NCBI GenBank assembly: GCA_030704615.1
Contig: CM060731.1
Span: forward strand, 21,080,001 to 21,144,000
Length of the DNA: 64,000 nt
DNA from: Takakia lepidozioides
Lineage: Eukaryota > Plantae > Bryophyta
Reading direction: 5' to 3'
Position numbers and translations under genes: made by a program. The notes below the pieces were generated by a model. The model was not told the DNA's origin and made no database searches. It worked only from the letters and a program-made list of their open reading frames with translations. This document shows positions 21,838 to 34,506 of this stretch, piece by piece; position 1 is the first letter of the stretch, and each line of letters starts with the position of its first letter.

Positions 21838-24800
21838 CGCTACTACGGGGGGCGGGGGGGGGGGGGGGGGGGGTTAGCGATGCCTCAGCGACCTCCAAAC
21901 GCCGCGCCTAGCGACGAAAATACACTACAGCGCCCGGGGCGCGCCGGGGACAAATTGCGACGTCGGGAAGTCGCCGCCACGTCGCTCCCGGAACGTCGCA
22001 TATTTAGCGACCTCGGGGAATCGCTAATCCCCGGGTCCACCTAGCCACGACAGCGACGGCCAAAAGACGCCGCCCTCCGGGGCGGCGCAATATGGCAACT
22101 CCGAGGAGTCACAACAAAGGGCAGGGAGGGGTCCATCCCTTCCCCTGCGTCATGGGGCCGTCGCAAGGACGTCGCCCATTCTCAGAATAAGCCATGTGGT
22201 GGCGTCGCCAAAACGTCGCAGCCTGGCAACGCCCGGGAATCGCCATGACGTCGCCACCATTTGGGGGCGTTGCTAGACCCCCATGGTAAGGAGGTTATGT
22301 AGCGACGCCCGGGAATCGCAGGGACGTCGCAGCCCCCGGGGGCCGTCGCTAGCTCCATGGGAGGGCACGTTCGTGTGCGACTCCCTGGAGTCGCAACAAC
22401 GACGCAGCCCCTTCGTGCGTCGCTAGCTCCATGTTGGTGGGTATGTTGCGACGGCGGGAATCGCAATGGCGTCGCTGGTCGCACCCGGCCGTCGCGCCGA
22501 CATCGCTGGGTGGGAGGGTAGGCAACTGGTATTTGGGGTGGGGGGGGGTTTTTTTTTTGTTTTGGGGGGGGGGGTGGGGTTTTCCTGGGGGATGGGGTGT
22601 GCCTCGTGCTTGCATGAAATGCATGCATTCTAATCTATAGGTTAGATTAGAATCCACATGTCCATTAAGGTTAGAATGAGGATCGAAATGGTAACTGAAG
22701 AAAATATATACATAAAGCGAGTACTACCTTTACATGTCTCTAACTGGGAACCATCCCTCACTCCTCATCACCTGAGTCATAGGTGTACTCGTCCAAGGAA
22801 TGCAAGCTACGTTGGGCATCCAAAGGATGATGAGGCCGAGTCCGAGATTACATCATCCTCAAACCAACCTCCTACTACTGGCTCTCCCCCATCCGGCCGA
22901 GCCACTGAACTACCCATCCCCACCCCTACCGATGCACTATCCTCCGTCAATTGTGGCGGTCTTGGCCATTGAGGCTACAAGGGCCTTCCACCCCTGAGTC
23001 TTGCAAAAGTTGTGCTCGATGGCGGAGAGAGGCCTCTCAAACTTCTTTTTCTGCACATGACATACAAATGCAATGACAGATCAGAATTCATAATGGAAGG
23101 AGAAGCTAAAAAAGAAGAATGGGTACGACAAGAGAAAGAACACTTACGAATCGGATGACAAATTTCTTGCTTCCGCCGGGGCCCCACTTGTGTGTTGATT
23201 CCGCACACTTCTCGAGGCGGGCTGCAGTTGCCGCACGTCCCCTTGCGAAGATCTCCGCCTTCAGCTCTTCCCTCTCCCCTGCGATGAGAGCCTCCCAAGA
23301 TTCCTGTCCAGCCCAACAAAGACACTATAAATGTTAATGAACTCCATACCGCAATGAACATGCATTCAAAGACACCAATGACAACTGAAGTGCGTCTTAC
23401 CTTGGTTATTCCATGTGGCATGGTCGTTGGTTTGACCCCTGCCTTGAGTGCCTTGCGAATGGTTTGTCGCGCACGGTAACCTCTGTCTTTGAGGTTCTTT
23501 CCCACCAGCTCCAAGAGCTTCCCCTCATTCCACTCACCGGAAATGTGCCCTCAAGTGCTTGCACGAATGCTCGCCTATGGCGATGTGATTGGCGTGGCCA
23601 ATCAATATGCCAAGGGAACCACCTCGCTGCCAAGTCGAAGGCTACTTTTTTCATGGCCTCCCAATACTCACCAATGGGGTCACCAACCTTATTGGTCTCT
23701 AAGGGGGCACCTTCATCTTTGGCAAATCAAGGTTGCGGGACCCGAGGTCTTTACCTCGTCCATGCTCTTCTGAACTACCTCTCCCTTGTCTTTTGTTGCC
23801 CCGCTAATACCCTCCACACTCTGCACGCTCATCTGAACTAGCTCCCCCTTGTCTTTTGTTCCCCCACTAGTGCCCTCCCCCGGCTGCACCTCTCTCCTTC
23901 TACGCCTCTTTCTCTTACGCTCCCTCTCCTGGGCCTGTCCTTTCCCTTTCCCCTCCACTACTTCCCTCCCCCCCTCCACTACTTCTCTACCTTCCTTGAT
24001 GATTAGGGGAACCTCGAGGACACGATGTCTTTTCCTCTTCCTACCGTCCCCACGGGTAGGCACCACCACTGTCCCTGCTTTGTCGATGGCAATCCCACTG
24101 CTTGCCACAAGCTTAGCCACGAATGCGCCAAGCTCCTGAACACAAAACCCACAAAATTAGAAACAAACCAGAAACAAAATGAAAGGCAAAGGATAGAAAA
24201 AAAGGTGAAGGAAAGAGGCTCACCTTTGCGTCCATGACCTCAATGTTGCCCTCGGTCCCCGCTTGTGGTGCACCCCCACGCCCTCTCAGAATAAGGGTGG
24301 AAGCCTATCCCATGCACCCAATAGGCTCGCAGGCGGCGCCCCAAAGTCTAGGGTCTTCTTCATTGACCATTCAGGCGACGGACTTCGCAAGGGGCCCTCC
24401 ATAGCCAGTGTCACCCTCTCCTCTTCCCCCTCCCTTTCCCGTGCCCCCTTATTTCCCTCTTCCCTCTTCTTGTCTTCCTCCCTCTTCCTTTCCTCCTCCT
24501 TCCACCTCATTGCGGCCTCCTTTGAAGCCTCCCTCTTCACCCAAGGTGAGGAGGAACCCACCCCCTTCTGAGCCCCCCCCCCCCCCCCCCCCCCCCTTAT
24601 AAGCACTCTTGGCTGCAAAAGAAGGGGAAAATACATTTGGCGGTGGGGCTAAGATCAAGTTGCCCATACCTGGCGGCAGATCTGAGAATGTGCTTCCCCG
24701 CGTAAAAGTCAGGGCCCTCCATCAGCCTGTGGGGTGGCGTCCCAGCCTAAACATTGGGTGCACCACCCTAAAGTGGAGGCTCATCCCCAGCCTCAACCTT

Positions 24801-25527
24801 CAAGGGCGTGGAGGCCTCGACTGCCTTATGGCTTGGTCCTCTCACATAGCCGCCTATAGGGCTGGTGAGTTTGGACCAAGTGGACCGTGTCACACGGCCG
24901 TCAATGACGGGAGCGTTGTCAAGCTTCCCTACCTTAGCGGCAGGCGATTTCTGCTCCTTCAGCGGCGCCTTCTCCTTGTCCTTCGCCATACTACCAGCTT
25001 ATCCCTGCACCCACAACACTACTACCGTGCGATTTCACATGCCAAAAACCAACAAGGCCTGACCCTCCCCCTTCCCCTCTCTTCCTCTCCCTCTATCTTT
25101 ATGTCTCTATATCTTTGTCTCCCCCTTTCTCTCTCTGCTGATAAGCAAAAAATGAAAAGAGGGGGGGGGGGGGGGTGGGTGCTGAGAGCACCAGCACTTG
25201 CTGCTGCTGTCAGCCCCCCACCATTCCAAAAAGAAAAAAAAAAGGTGGGGGGGACTGAGAGCAGCAGCAGCAAGTACTTGCTGTTGCAGCTCTCACCGCC
25301 CCCCACCATTGCCAAAACCAAAAAATGAAAGGTCGGGGGGGGGGCTAAGCAGCAGTAAGTTGCTTTCAGCACCCCCCACCATTCCACAAACAAAAAACGA
25401 AAAGGTGGGGGGGGGGGAAGTGACTGAGCAGCAGCAGCTGCTGAGTCACCCCCCCCCAACCTTATTTTTTATTTTTCTTCCCTCATCTCTCCCACTCTCT
25501 CCCTTTCCCTCTTTTCCCTCTTTTCCC

Positions 25528-25560
<33 letters not shown>
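21838..25560 (-). mobile_element. CACTA transposon, second (inverted) half, with a TnpA-like gene
   Basis: Terminus CGCTACTACG..GGGGTTAGCGA parallels CACTACTACG..GGGGTTAGCGA at 3975; same subterminal GCGACG repeats to ~22510. Confidence 0.82.
22900..24989 (-). pseudogene. CACTA TnpA/Ptta-like (Transposase_24-like) accessory protein, multi-exon, disrupted
   Basis: Spliced translation ..GDPIGEYW..WHIDW..PHGITK|ESWEALI..AARLEK..THKWGPGG..; GT/AG introns near 24220-24137, 23400-23304 and 23146-23052; charged low-complexity N-terminus. Confidence 0.68.
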
Positions 25561-25561
<1 letters not shown>

Positions 25562-25562
<1 letters not shown>

Positions 25563-26010
25563 GTCAAGTTAAATAAACACAGTGTGAAACTAACTAGAAT
25601 AAATCTAATTATTTGTATTTAACACTTGGATTTAGTTCAAGTGTTAAGTCAGGTGTCAAGTTTAGTTTGACACCTGAACCGTCTTATCTTCACGAGAGCG
25701 TCAGTCGTGCGGCTCATCTCTCTCGAGTTGAGCCTGCACGACCGAGCTCCTTCATCGTTCAGAATCTGAGTGTGCTCATGAAGGGAGGATAGGTTGTTGT
25801 GGGGTGGAGTCCCCATAGCTTGGGGTGCCCCTGGCTTGACTACTATTTTAAAGAGTGACGGTGGTGGATTTCATGTTTCTTGTGTGAACAGTGTGTTCTT
25901 AGTTTCTTATCACTCAAGAGAGTTGACCTCTTACCTGTGAGTGCAAGGTAGGAGTTGAGGGTTAGCACTTGTATGATTACCTGTGTGTAAGTAATGCTTA
26001 GTTTGAGAAG
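25562..26010 (+). mobile_element. LTR-like fragment related to 3569-3974
   Basis: Starts TGTCA after a (CT)n tract; shares aggtgtcaa and gtgagtgc..gttagcacttg blocks. Confidence 0.55.
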
Positions 26011-26059
26011 CTTAAAAAAAGAAAAAAACAAAAAAAAACATGCAGGTTTCGATCATCAT

Positions 26060-27520
26060 TGGTTTCTGGGTATATAGATGGTCCATGGAGGCAGGCTGCA
26101 TGGCAAGCAGGGGCAAAGAACTGGTCTCGTTCTACTGGTTGAGGATAGCGTTGGTTCTGGCATGAGGCCGCCGAGGCAGGACGGAGCTATACTGCGGGGA
26201 AGCAGCCTTCGTTTTGGTTGGTGAGGAGACATCATGGTGTAGCAGCGATTGGCCATTCGGAAACTGACCAAGTTCGAGACTTAAAGGGGTACGTGTAATC
26301 GAGCAGATGAGTAGAACTTCCGTGCCTGGAGATGGCCGGGCTGCTCGCCTTAGTTCGATGTGCACCGACCAGAAGCGGTCAGTGAGGTCGTGTGCAGGGT
26401 AACTGCAAGTGCATCTTACCTTGCTCCTCGTCACACCCACACAAACGCAGGGAAGAAATGAGGTGGAAGCAGACGTGTATGTGTCAAACTTGGTCTGCTT
26501 CCTGGGTTGGGGGATGATGTCTGCGTTCGTGAGTTGTAGATAATGGGTTGCAAGGTGGAGCAATGTTGAGAGATTGGACACGTCCGGTTCCCATGCTCTG
26601 AGTGTCGTGAGCAGTCCCGCACCTGCCCTACCTCCTGGGTGCCAACACTTTTTGTTTTGTAAGATGAAGCTGACGAGTGGTGCAGGGTACAGAAAGACTT
26701 GGAGATCGAACATGTGACCGTAGCAGTTCTCCGAGCCTTGGTGAGGCACAACAGCCGTTAAGGAAGAAATGGGAAAGAGTGACGTATTGTGTAGTCAGGA
26801 AAGGCAGCGGAAAAGCAGAATCTGATTGATTTTCTGAGGTAGCATCCTGGTCAATAGCAATACCATCACCGGCAACCTGCATGTTTCCTTCCTCCGAACT
26901 TCTCTTCGCTTCCTCTGCACCTAGGGTAGCAATTTGAGAGATGCCCACTCCAACATCATTTGCAGTAGAGCACACCTCACTCTCTCCATTTTCATCATTT
27001 CCACATTCTGGCTCCTCAATTAGAGAGCCTGGTCCTGCAAGTGGCAAACTGAACATACTGTCTGTATCAGGCTCCTCTGCAGGCAAAGCATATCTTTCCA
27101 CTGAAGTTGGGCTGTAGCTTTTCTTGACGCATGTGGGCACATTGGCAGCTGTCACAGTGGCTGTATCTTCTTTCTTAGCCTGATCAGAGTCTGGCAGTTT
27201 CTCTAGCATGTCTGGCTTTTGCTGCAATTGAACCGTACCAGGAGCAGGAACTCCAAGAGCTTCGAATGTGATTGGTAATGTTGAGGGGCTGTGGAATGAG
27301 CAAGAGATAGGAATACCAAGGAACTTGGCGTATTCTGCTGCCTGGTGGTGTCATGCAGTGCTCGGTCTATGTGAACAATCCAGAACTTGAGGGCAGCCTG
27401 TGCCAACTCCATGTAACGGCTTACACAATCAGTGATAGCAGATCTGTTGCTGCCACCTTGAAAAATCAGCACGCATGAAGGGCTGTAAGCGTTCTTGATC
27501 AAAGCTAGTTAGCTCTGGTG
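26060..27520 (-). pseudogene. Unidentified decayed coding-like sequence
   Basis: Chain of overlapping minus-strand ORFs (27203-27502, 26628-27227, 26132-26749) suggesting frameshifts; acidic disordered segment; no family recognised. Confidence 0.3.
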
Positions 27521-29148
27521 CTTTCCGGGGTTGCATTGTAAGTGCTGCTGCTTTTGTTGGGAATATTGGTGCAAAGGATTAAGGCTCGGCATAGCTACGG
27601 ATCTCGACTGGAGGAGAGCAGGTCACTGGGAACCAAGAGCTGTTATGGTGCATTTGTAAACACAATTGAAATCCTGGGAAATATAGGTCACGCTGCCAGG
27701 GAGTCTGTGGTGAGAACTACATGAACACGTTTGGAACCTGTTAAGATAACGTGGGAACAACGTTTAATGGCGAGAACGTTTTGGTGTTAAAAAAAAAAAA
27801 AAAACCCTTTTTGATCTAATTTCAATGATTTAGAGCCTAATTGGTCATATCTTTGTCAAATGGACTCCGTTTGACTCAGTTTTTGGGGGGATAGCTGTAG
27901 AAAGGGGAAATCTACCTATCTGGTTTTAGTTTTTTGGACTCTGCTAAAAATCTATGGAATTTTTTGAGTGTGAGTGTGCTATGAAAGATCCACAATTCTG
28001 CTTCTAGAACCTGTTGTGGTCTACATGAGAGACAAATCTGGGGATGTCCTCCTTGTATGGCTGGGGGAAATGAGGACGTAATTGAAGGGCAGGTCTCTTC
28101 TCTTAGCCTGTGCACACAAGGGGACAAGACTTATGTTTCTCAAGGAACTCAGACTGATTTGAGTGGAGAGCAGTTGGACGAGTTGATTGCATACTGAAAG
28201 TCAGACATTAGCAATAGACAACAAACTGCTGTAGTTGGCGTTGAGGGCCTCAATATCGCTTTGGACAGTCAGAACTTTGTTGGAGCCAGCAGTTCTGCAG
28301 TTGTAAATGAAATACCAAAGTGGGTGAAAGCTAGGCTTGGAACACAGCCAAAGTCAGCCTCGGGCACCAAGGTGTTCAGCCACAAGGCCGTGGTGTACTG
28401 TAGTAGAGGAGCAGGAGCTACACAAGTTTGTGCAATCAGACATGGTTGCAGCCGGATACGCTCTACATGAGGCAACCACGAGTGGGGGTTCATTAGCAAT
28501 GAAAAGTTTGTGCTGCTTGAAGGAGATGCAGTCATTCGCAATGAGGACACCCGCAACCGTCTCAAAGCTTTCGAGTTGAGAGACTGTCAGACCCTACCTT
28601 TATTTTCTTTAGTGTTCAGTGAGCGGGAGATAGGGGAGTATTGCTTTGTCTTCACCTGGCAGAAAGAGGAGGAGGGTTGGTTAGAGCGAGCTACTGTAGC
28701 TTGGGACAAGGTTAGTGGCAGGTTTCTGGACATAGATATACCTCCTACACCTTACCATTATGCAGAGCGAGGCACTTTGAGAGAAGTCTGGCAGTTGATA
28801 GCATAGATCTGGATTAGATCTTGCTTGGTCGGGCCTCTATTCTTCCCCTCCCTCTTGTTACTATTTCCATTACTTTGTACTTGTAGTTGCCAAAGCCTCT
28901 CTTGGTGGAGGCCAGTCAATCCGGGGTTTTGGGTTGGGATATTCTGCAGGATCAGCACTGCAGATTGATTTTGGTGTGGGGGTGTTGATGTTTGATTTCT
29001 TGTGTTTGGATCCCCCCCAACACCTGCATGCTTGACTGTGCGCCATGTTGGTTTTGTGTGGGCGCTTGCTTTCATAGGGATTAGGCCGGATTTGATCACC
29101 GGTCAATCCTAGAGTATATTGTCGGTGGTGAGGCTGGAGTGATGACCA

Positions 29149-30030
29149 ATGTGGAGAAGGATGAGATAGCTCGGCATATTTCTATGCGCCACATCGCCTT
29201 GCTCACACACCGGTATCCTGAGTTGTTGCCTCTCTCAGCAATTCAAGGGTATCAAAAGGCCTTGCCAGCAGACATTACCTTGCTGGGGGCGGATGATTTG
29301 GACCGGCATGGTGCCATTGACTAGGTGATAGCTGGATGGCCTTGCCAAGGACACTCTCCCGCAGGTCATGGGAACGGCTTGCATGATGCTCGATCGCATT
29401 TGTTTTGGGAGATGTTGAGAGTGTTGTGTGACTTGCAGACGAGGCAAGTGCATCCTCTAGCCTATATCTTGGAGAATGTTCCTCTTATGGGGGACTCTCG
29501 GGCCAGGGTTATGGCCAGTGTGCATCAGGTGCGGTCTTGGATTGGATCGGCGGTGCTATTGGATGCAACAGCGGTGGGATCACGAGCGCATCGACCTCGA
29601 TTGTGGTGGACCAATCTTGCACCACCAGAGCTGCTCAAGAGAGCATACGATTCCATTCAACGGCCACCCAATCTCACAGTTGAGGGCATTTTGGACCAAG
29701 GGAGGCAACCACAGAGGGTGCGACATGATGACCGTCCACCTCTAGCAGTGGTAAATCGAGTGGGGCAGCCACGTGCGGCCTTGCCTACGCTCATGAGCTT
29801 TCCCTCGTCTCATGCTTTTCGAGACAATGGTCCTGGGTTGATTTGGGACAGTGTGCTACAGCAATTGGTGGAGTCCAATGCAGATGAGCGAGAACGGGCA
29901 ATGGGATATGCACTACAGCTATGCCAGCTCTGTCAGAGGCATCACGCCGACATGTGTTGGATCAAGCAATGGATCTAAATTGCTTGACATGGGTCATTGG
30001 CTTGTGCATGGCTGAGCAACGGAGGTTGCA
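29149..30030 (+). pseudogene. DNMT3-like methyltransferase domain, copy lacking motif I
   Basis: IAGWPCQGHS, YILENV, GSRAHRPRLWWTNL, ERERAMG, RHVLDQAMD; stop at 29322 and frameshift near 29910. Confidence 0.9.
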
Positions 30031-30459
30031 GACAGTGGTGGCTACTTTTGCACTCCCATTTGGTATTGTATCCCCTCCGCCAATCGGGACGGTTGAGGCA
30101 GTGAGTGGGGGCGAACACAGGATCATGGGGTGCAAACACCCATGGCAGATGTGGGATGAGATGCAGAAAGAGAGAGTCCTTGGATCTCTCAAGTAGCAAT
30201 ATGAGGAGTGGGGAGAGCCATACACTGAGGATCAGTTGGAGGCCAAGGTGGCCAATGTTTTTGAAGAGGTTGAGAATGTTTCTTCCCCACAGGATGTTCT
30301 CAAGGTGGTGGAGGCTACGCCACAGTCAGATTGGGCGGACAAGGCCCAAGAGGTTGCTATCTAGCACCCAAAGGATTCGTCTCCTACCCCCAAGCCTGAT
30401 GTACCCAAGGTTGCAGTCACTGAGGACAATTGGGAACCAGATGTTGGACCTACAGTCAC

Positions 30460-31850
30460 CGGAGGAGAGAGACGGAGGATCCAGTGATTTCTAAGGGCTT
30501 ATAGAAATTGCTTTGCCTTCGGTTTGAAGGATTTCGGGAGTTTGAAGGGTCAGGAGATTCGTATTGATTTGGCAAGTGACACGCCAATCTTTCGAAGGCC
30601 CTACCGGTATAGTGACATGGAGAGGTCATTGATCCAGTCACGGACTATGGAGTTGTTCGAAGCTGGATTGGTGGAGTTGTCAGGCGGGGAGTATGCCTCG
30701 GCAACGGTGATGCCAGCTAAGAAAGATATCTATGGCAATTGGACAGAAAGAAGGATGTGTGAGAACTATCGTCCTGTGAAACATCAGACTAAGTCCGATA
30801 GATATGCCATGCCAACTCCAAAGGAAATCTTTGATGCCATTGGGCATGCGAAGGTGTTTAGCACATTGGACTTGCGATCCGGTTACCACCAATTGCCAAT
30901 TAAAGAGGTTGACAAGCAAAAGACGACATTCTGGGGGATTGACCAACATGGGAAGGATTGCTTGTACCAATGGTGCTTCCTACCGTTTGGGTTGAAGAAT
31001 GCTCCTATAGAGTTTCAGAGGGTTATGGATAGGATTCTCGCGGGGCTAGACTTTGCCCGATGTTACATTGATGACATCATCGTCTTTAGTGTTACGGTTG
31101 AGGAGCATGAGAAACACCTTCAGGTGGTGTTTGAGCGCTTGAGAGCGCATGGGTTGAAATTGCACCCTGGGAAGTGCAAGTTCTTCCACAACCAGATTGA
31201 GTATCTGGGCCACATGATATACCCTGGAGGATTGGGTGTTCAAAAGACGAAGGTGGAGGCCATTGCACGCATTCCACGCCCCATAGATGTTAGCAGAGTT
31301 CGTGCTTTCATGGGGTTGGCAAACTACTATGGACGGTTTGTCAAGGGATTTAGCAGCATTGCAAAGGCTCTTACTAAGTTGACCAAGGTGGGTCAGGAGT
31401 GGTAGTGGGAGGAGGAGCAGGATGAAGCCTTTGAGGAACTCAAGGCTCGATTGACTTCTGCACCTATTCTGAGGCAGCCTATTCGGGGGCGGCCTTTCCA
31501 GCTATATACGGATTGGAGTATGCTAGGGATTGAAGCAGTGCTCACACAAATGGATGATGAGGGAAGAGAGTTTGTAGTGGCATATGCTAGCCGCTCAAAC
31601 AATGATGCCGAGGCAAAGTATAGTTCCTATGAAGGGGAGTGTCTAGCTGCGGTATGGGCAGTGGCACATTTCAGATGCTACCTCTATGGCAATCTCTTCA
31701 CCCTTGTCACGGATCACCAACCATTGAAGTGGTTGATGGGACAAGCTTACAGGGAAGCTTGCACGATGGGCACTTATGCTTCAAGAATACGACTTTCAGG
31801 TGGTGCATCGAGCCGGAATTGTCAATCGGGATGCAGATGGATTGAGTCGT
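30460..31850 (+). pseudogene. Ty3/gypsy reverse transcriptase and RNase H
   Basis: RRPYRYS, FSTLDLRSGYHQL, LPFGLKNAP, YIDD (31064-31075), YLGH; RNase H LYTDWS, YEGECLAAVWAV, VTDHQPL. Confidence 0.96.
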
Positions 31851-32149
31851 AATCCATGCACGAGCGAGCATGATGATACTGGAGCTCGGTGGCATGGTGA
31901 GACGGATGAGGAGATGGTGCCAGGATGACATGCATCTGCCTTTTTGTGCATCATAGCAATGGGAGCTCAAGCTGGTCTATCCCATAGCATTGGTCATGTA
32001 GATGGTGTGCATGACGATCCGGAGATCAGTGAGGAGCTTGGTGGTGCTAAGGATGTACATGAAGATGCAGCAGTGTTGGCCTACCTTCGTATTGGAGAGA
32101 CAGCAGCCATTGTGACTGCTAAGGAGAGAGATTGGATCCTACAACGAGC

Positions 32150-33252
32150 GCGATTGGTATGCCATGCCTATGAGGAGTTGAGACATTTTGGGGTGCGGCG
32201 CACTCATAGTTTGCTGCAAAGACAATACTGGTGGCGGGGCATGCACACGGATGTGCAAACAGTTAGTGGCAAGGTGCATGGTGTGTGATAGAGTGCGAGC
32301 TTATTTCAATGCACCTACTCCACAATTACATCCTTTACCCATTATGGGTTTGGGCTATCGTTGGAGTCTTGACTTCGCAAGCCCATTGCCACTAACAATT
32401 TGCCATAACAAGTATGTGCTGGTGATGGTGGAACATTTTTCCAAGTGGATTGAACTGGTGACATTGCCTGACAAGGCAAGTGAGGGGGATGCGTATGCAT
32501 TCTTAGATCGAGTGCTTAGCCAATTTGGTGCTCCAGCCGAGGTACTCACGGACCAGAGGAGAGAGTTCTTGGGGGAGTTTCAGGCTTTGTGTGAGCAAGC
32601 CTTGATAGATCACCGCACTACTTCTCGGGATCATCCCGAGGCTGATGGCCTGGCAGAGAGGGCTGTACAAACAGTCAAGCGAGGCTTGTGCAAGTATGAC
32701 TTGCAGAAGAGACACTTAGGAGATTGGGATCTTTAGCTACCTTGATTGGCCATGGGCTACAGGTTTAGCAAACAAACATCACTTGCCTCGTTCTCGCCGT
32801 ATTAACTTCTCTTTGGCCGAGAGCCAGATTTGCCTGCATCTATTCGCAGGGAGACTGCAGTAGTTCTCAACCTTGATGATCCGGATATATGGACACAAAC
32901 ATGTGCCCAGCGGGCATAGTTGTTCAAGAGAGTCATGCCTATGGCTTTTGAGAATCTTGCTATTGCCCAACACTGACACACGTTGAGGTACGCCACTATA
33001 CGTGGAGGGGGATATCGGCCAGGTGTTCGGCGTTTCCACCCTGGGGACTATGTGTATCTGCAGCAGACAGCGCCTACGACTTTGTCACAGCAGGGCGTGT
33101 GATTCTAAGGGTCCGGGAGGTGTTGCCTTCAGGAGTGTTGATTCTGGAGGGTCGAGATGGCATGGTATGGAAGGACCATGTGAGCAATTGTGCGCCATGT
33201 CACCTTCCACATGTGGATGGGAGGATAGATCCCAACTTTGCAGTGGTACCTG
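32150..33252 (+). pseudogene. Integrase (H2C2 zinc finger, DDE core, C-terminal region)
   Basis: HFG..YWWRGM..CMVC; WSLDF, VEHFSKW, LTDQ, HPEADGLAER; several stops. Confidence 0.92.
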
Positions 33253-33254
33253 TC

Positions 33255-34430
33255 GACAATGGCATTTTACCCTTCCAGCAGCATCTCCGCTCTGCACGAG
33301 ATCTTCTTCCGGCACCGGCGCGAGTATGTCTACCACCATTTGAGCAGTTGGTTGCTCAAGACCTCGACTATCTTTAGGAGTCCATTTCCGAGTGCGTGCA
33401 CCGTCATTCCTTTTCTGGCATGCTCTCAAGTGCTTTTTCTGAGTTGCATCGAGCCCGACTTCTATCATGCGCAGAACCCGGAGCAGGGGCATGGTTGGCA
33501 GCACGATCCACTATCGCACCTTTTTGCCTCTCATCCCTTATTTTCACTACTGCGCTCCGCCTTCGACTCGGTTTGCCTCATCCTTCGGCATTGGGCCTTC
33601 AGCGCCTGTCTTCAGCCCATCGATGAACTTGCCATCCATCTCCTCCGCTATCCATGTGGTGGTGAACGCACTGCGTCTTAGCGATGCGGTGGCATCTATT
33701 GCTCGGGAGGCAGGATATCATGTACTGCGTGAGCAACCACATCTACGACCCACGCTCACGTCCCACTCTACACGCCGCCGTGTTGACATCGTCCTATCTA
33801 GAGATGGTTTGCGTACCCTAGCGGATGTCGTTCTCGCCGACCCCACTCGAGCGGATCTGCTATCTCGTGCAGTTACCACACCAGACATGACAGCCATTGT
33901 AGCAGCCCAGGCCAAGGAGCGCGACTACAGCGATCGTCACCCCACCGACAAATTTCTTCCGCTGGCGGTCGAGATATTTGGCTCATTGCACCGGCACTTC
34001 CACGATTTCCTGCGGACATGTGCACATCATGCAGCCAAGAGCGGGTCCACTGGCATCCCACATGCCTCCGTCCTTGTTGCCTACTATCGACAGCGTGTTT
34101 CAGTTGCTTTGCAGAGAGCACAAGCCATATCTGTTTTGCATCGGGCTGATGTGGCTAGCTCTGCGTCATCTCATTTTCTGCCTATGCCTGACACTTTGCC
34201 TATCTCCTTGCCTAACCTTCTCCAGGCTGTTGGCTTGGAGGGTTGCTCTGCTTGAGTAGCTTACTATAGCTTCTGTTTTCGTCGTTGGTTGAGTAGCTTA
34301 CTATAGCTTTTTGTTTTCTTCTCTTGTTTCTTGTTCCTCCCCCCCCCCCCCTCCCTTTTTGGGAACTTCTCATCCTATGCATGTTCACCCATTGTACTTG
34401 TTGTAAATAAAGTCTTACAAGGTTTCATCA
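33255..34430 (+). mobile_element. CRE-like non-LTR retrotransposon 3' end with restriction-like endonuclease
   Basis: AGAWL..ALRLRLGLP..HLL..GGER; RE..RRVDIV..ADVV..DP..AKERDY..FLPLAVE.FG..QRVSVALQRAQA; 3' UTR with a duplicated gagtagcttactatagctt and AATAAA near 34406. Confidence 0.82.
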
Positions 34431-34506
34431 TATGTACAAATCTCCAGAGATTGTACCTTATATTGAGTGATGCTTGGGAATATGTATTTGTATTTTGACA
34501 TTATAT

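Larger units (their letters stand above)
28880..33252 (+). mobile_element. Second Ty3/gypsy-DNMT element: LTR fragment, DNMT, RT, RNase H, integrase
   Basis: LTR homology 28880-29148 is joined by a deletion directly to the DNMT, followed by the pol domains in Ty3 order (RT-RH-IN). Confidence 0.93.

Noticed and set aside
21847-21873. Long poly-G (also poly-C at 24572-24596) as functional G-quadruplex elements
   Set aside because: Homopolymer expansions within a TE; lengths are unreliable in assemblies.
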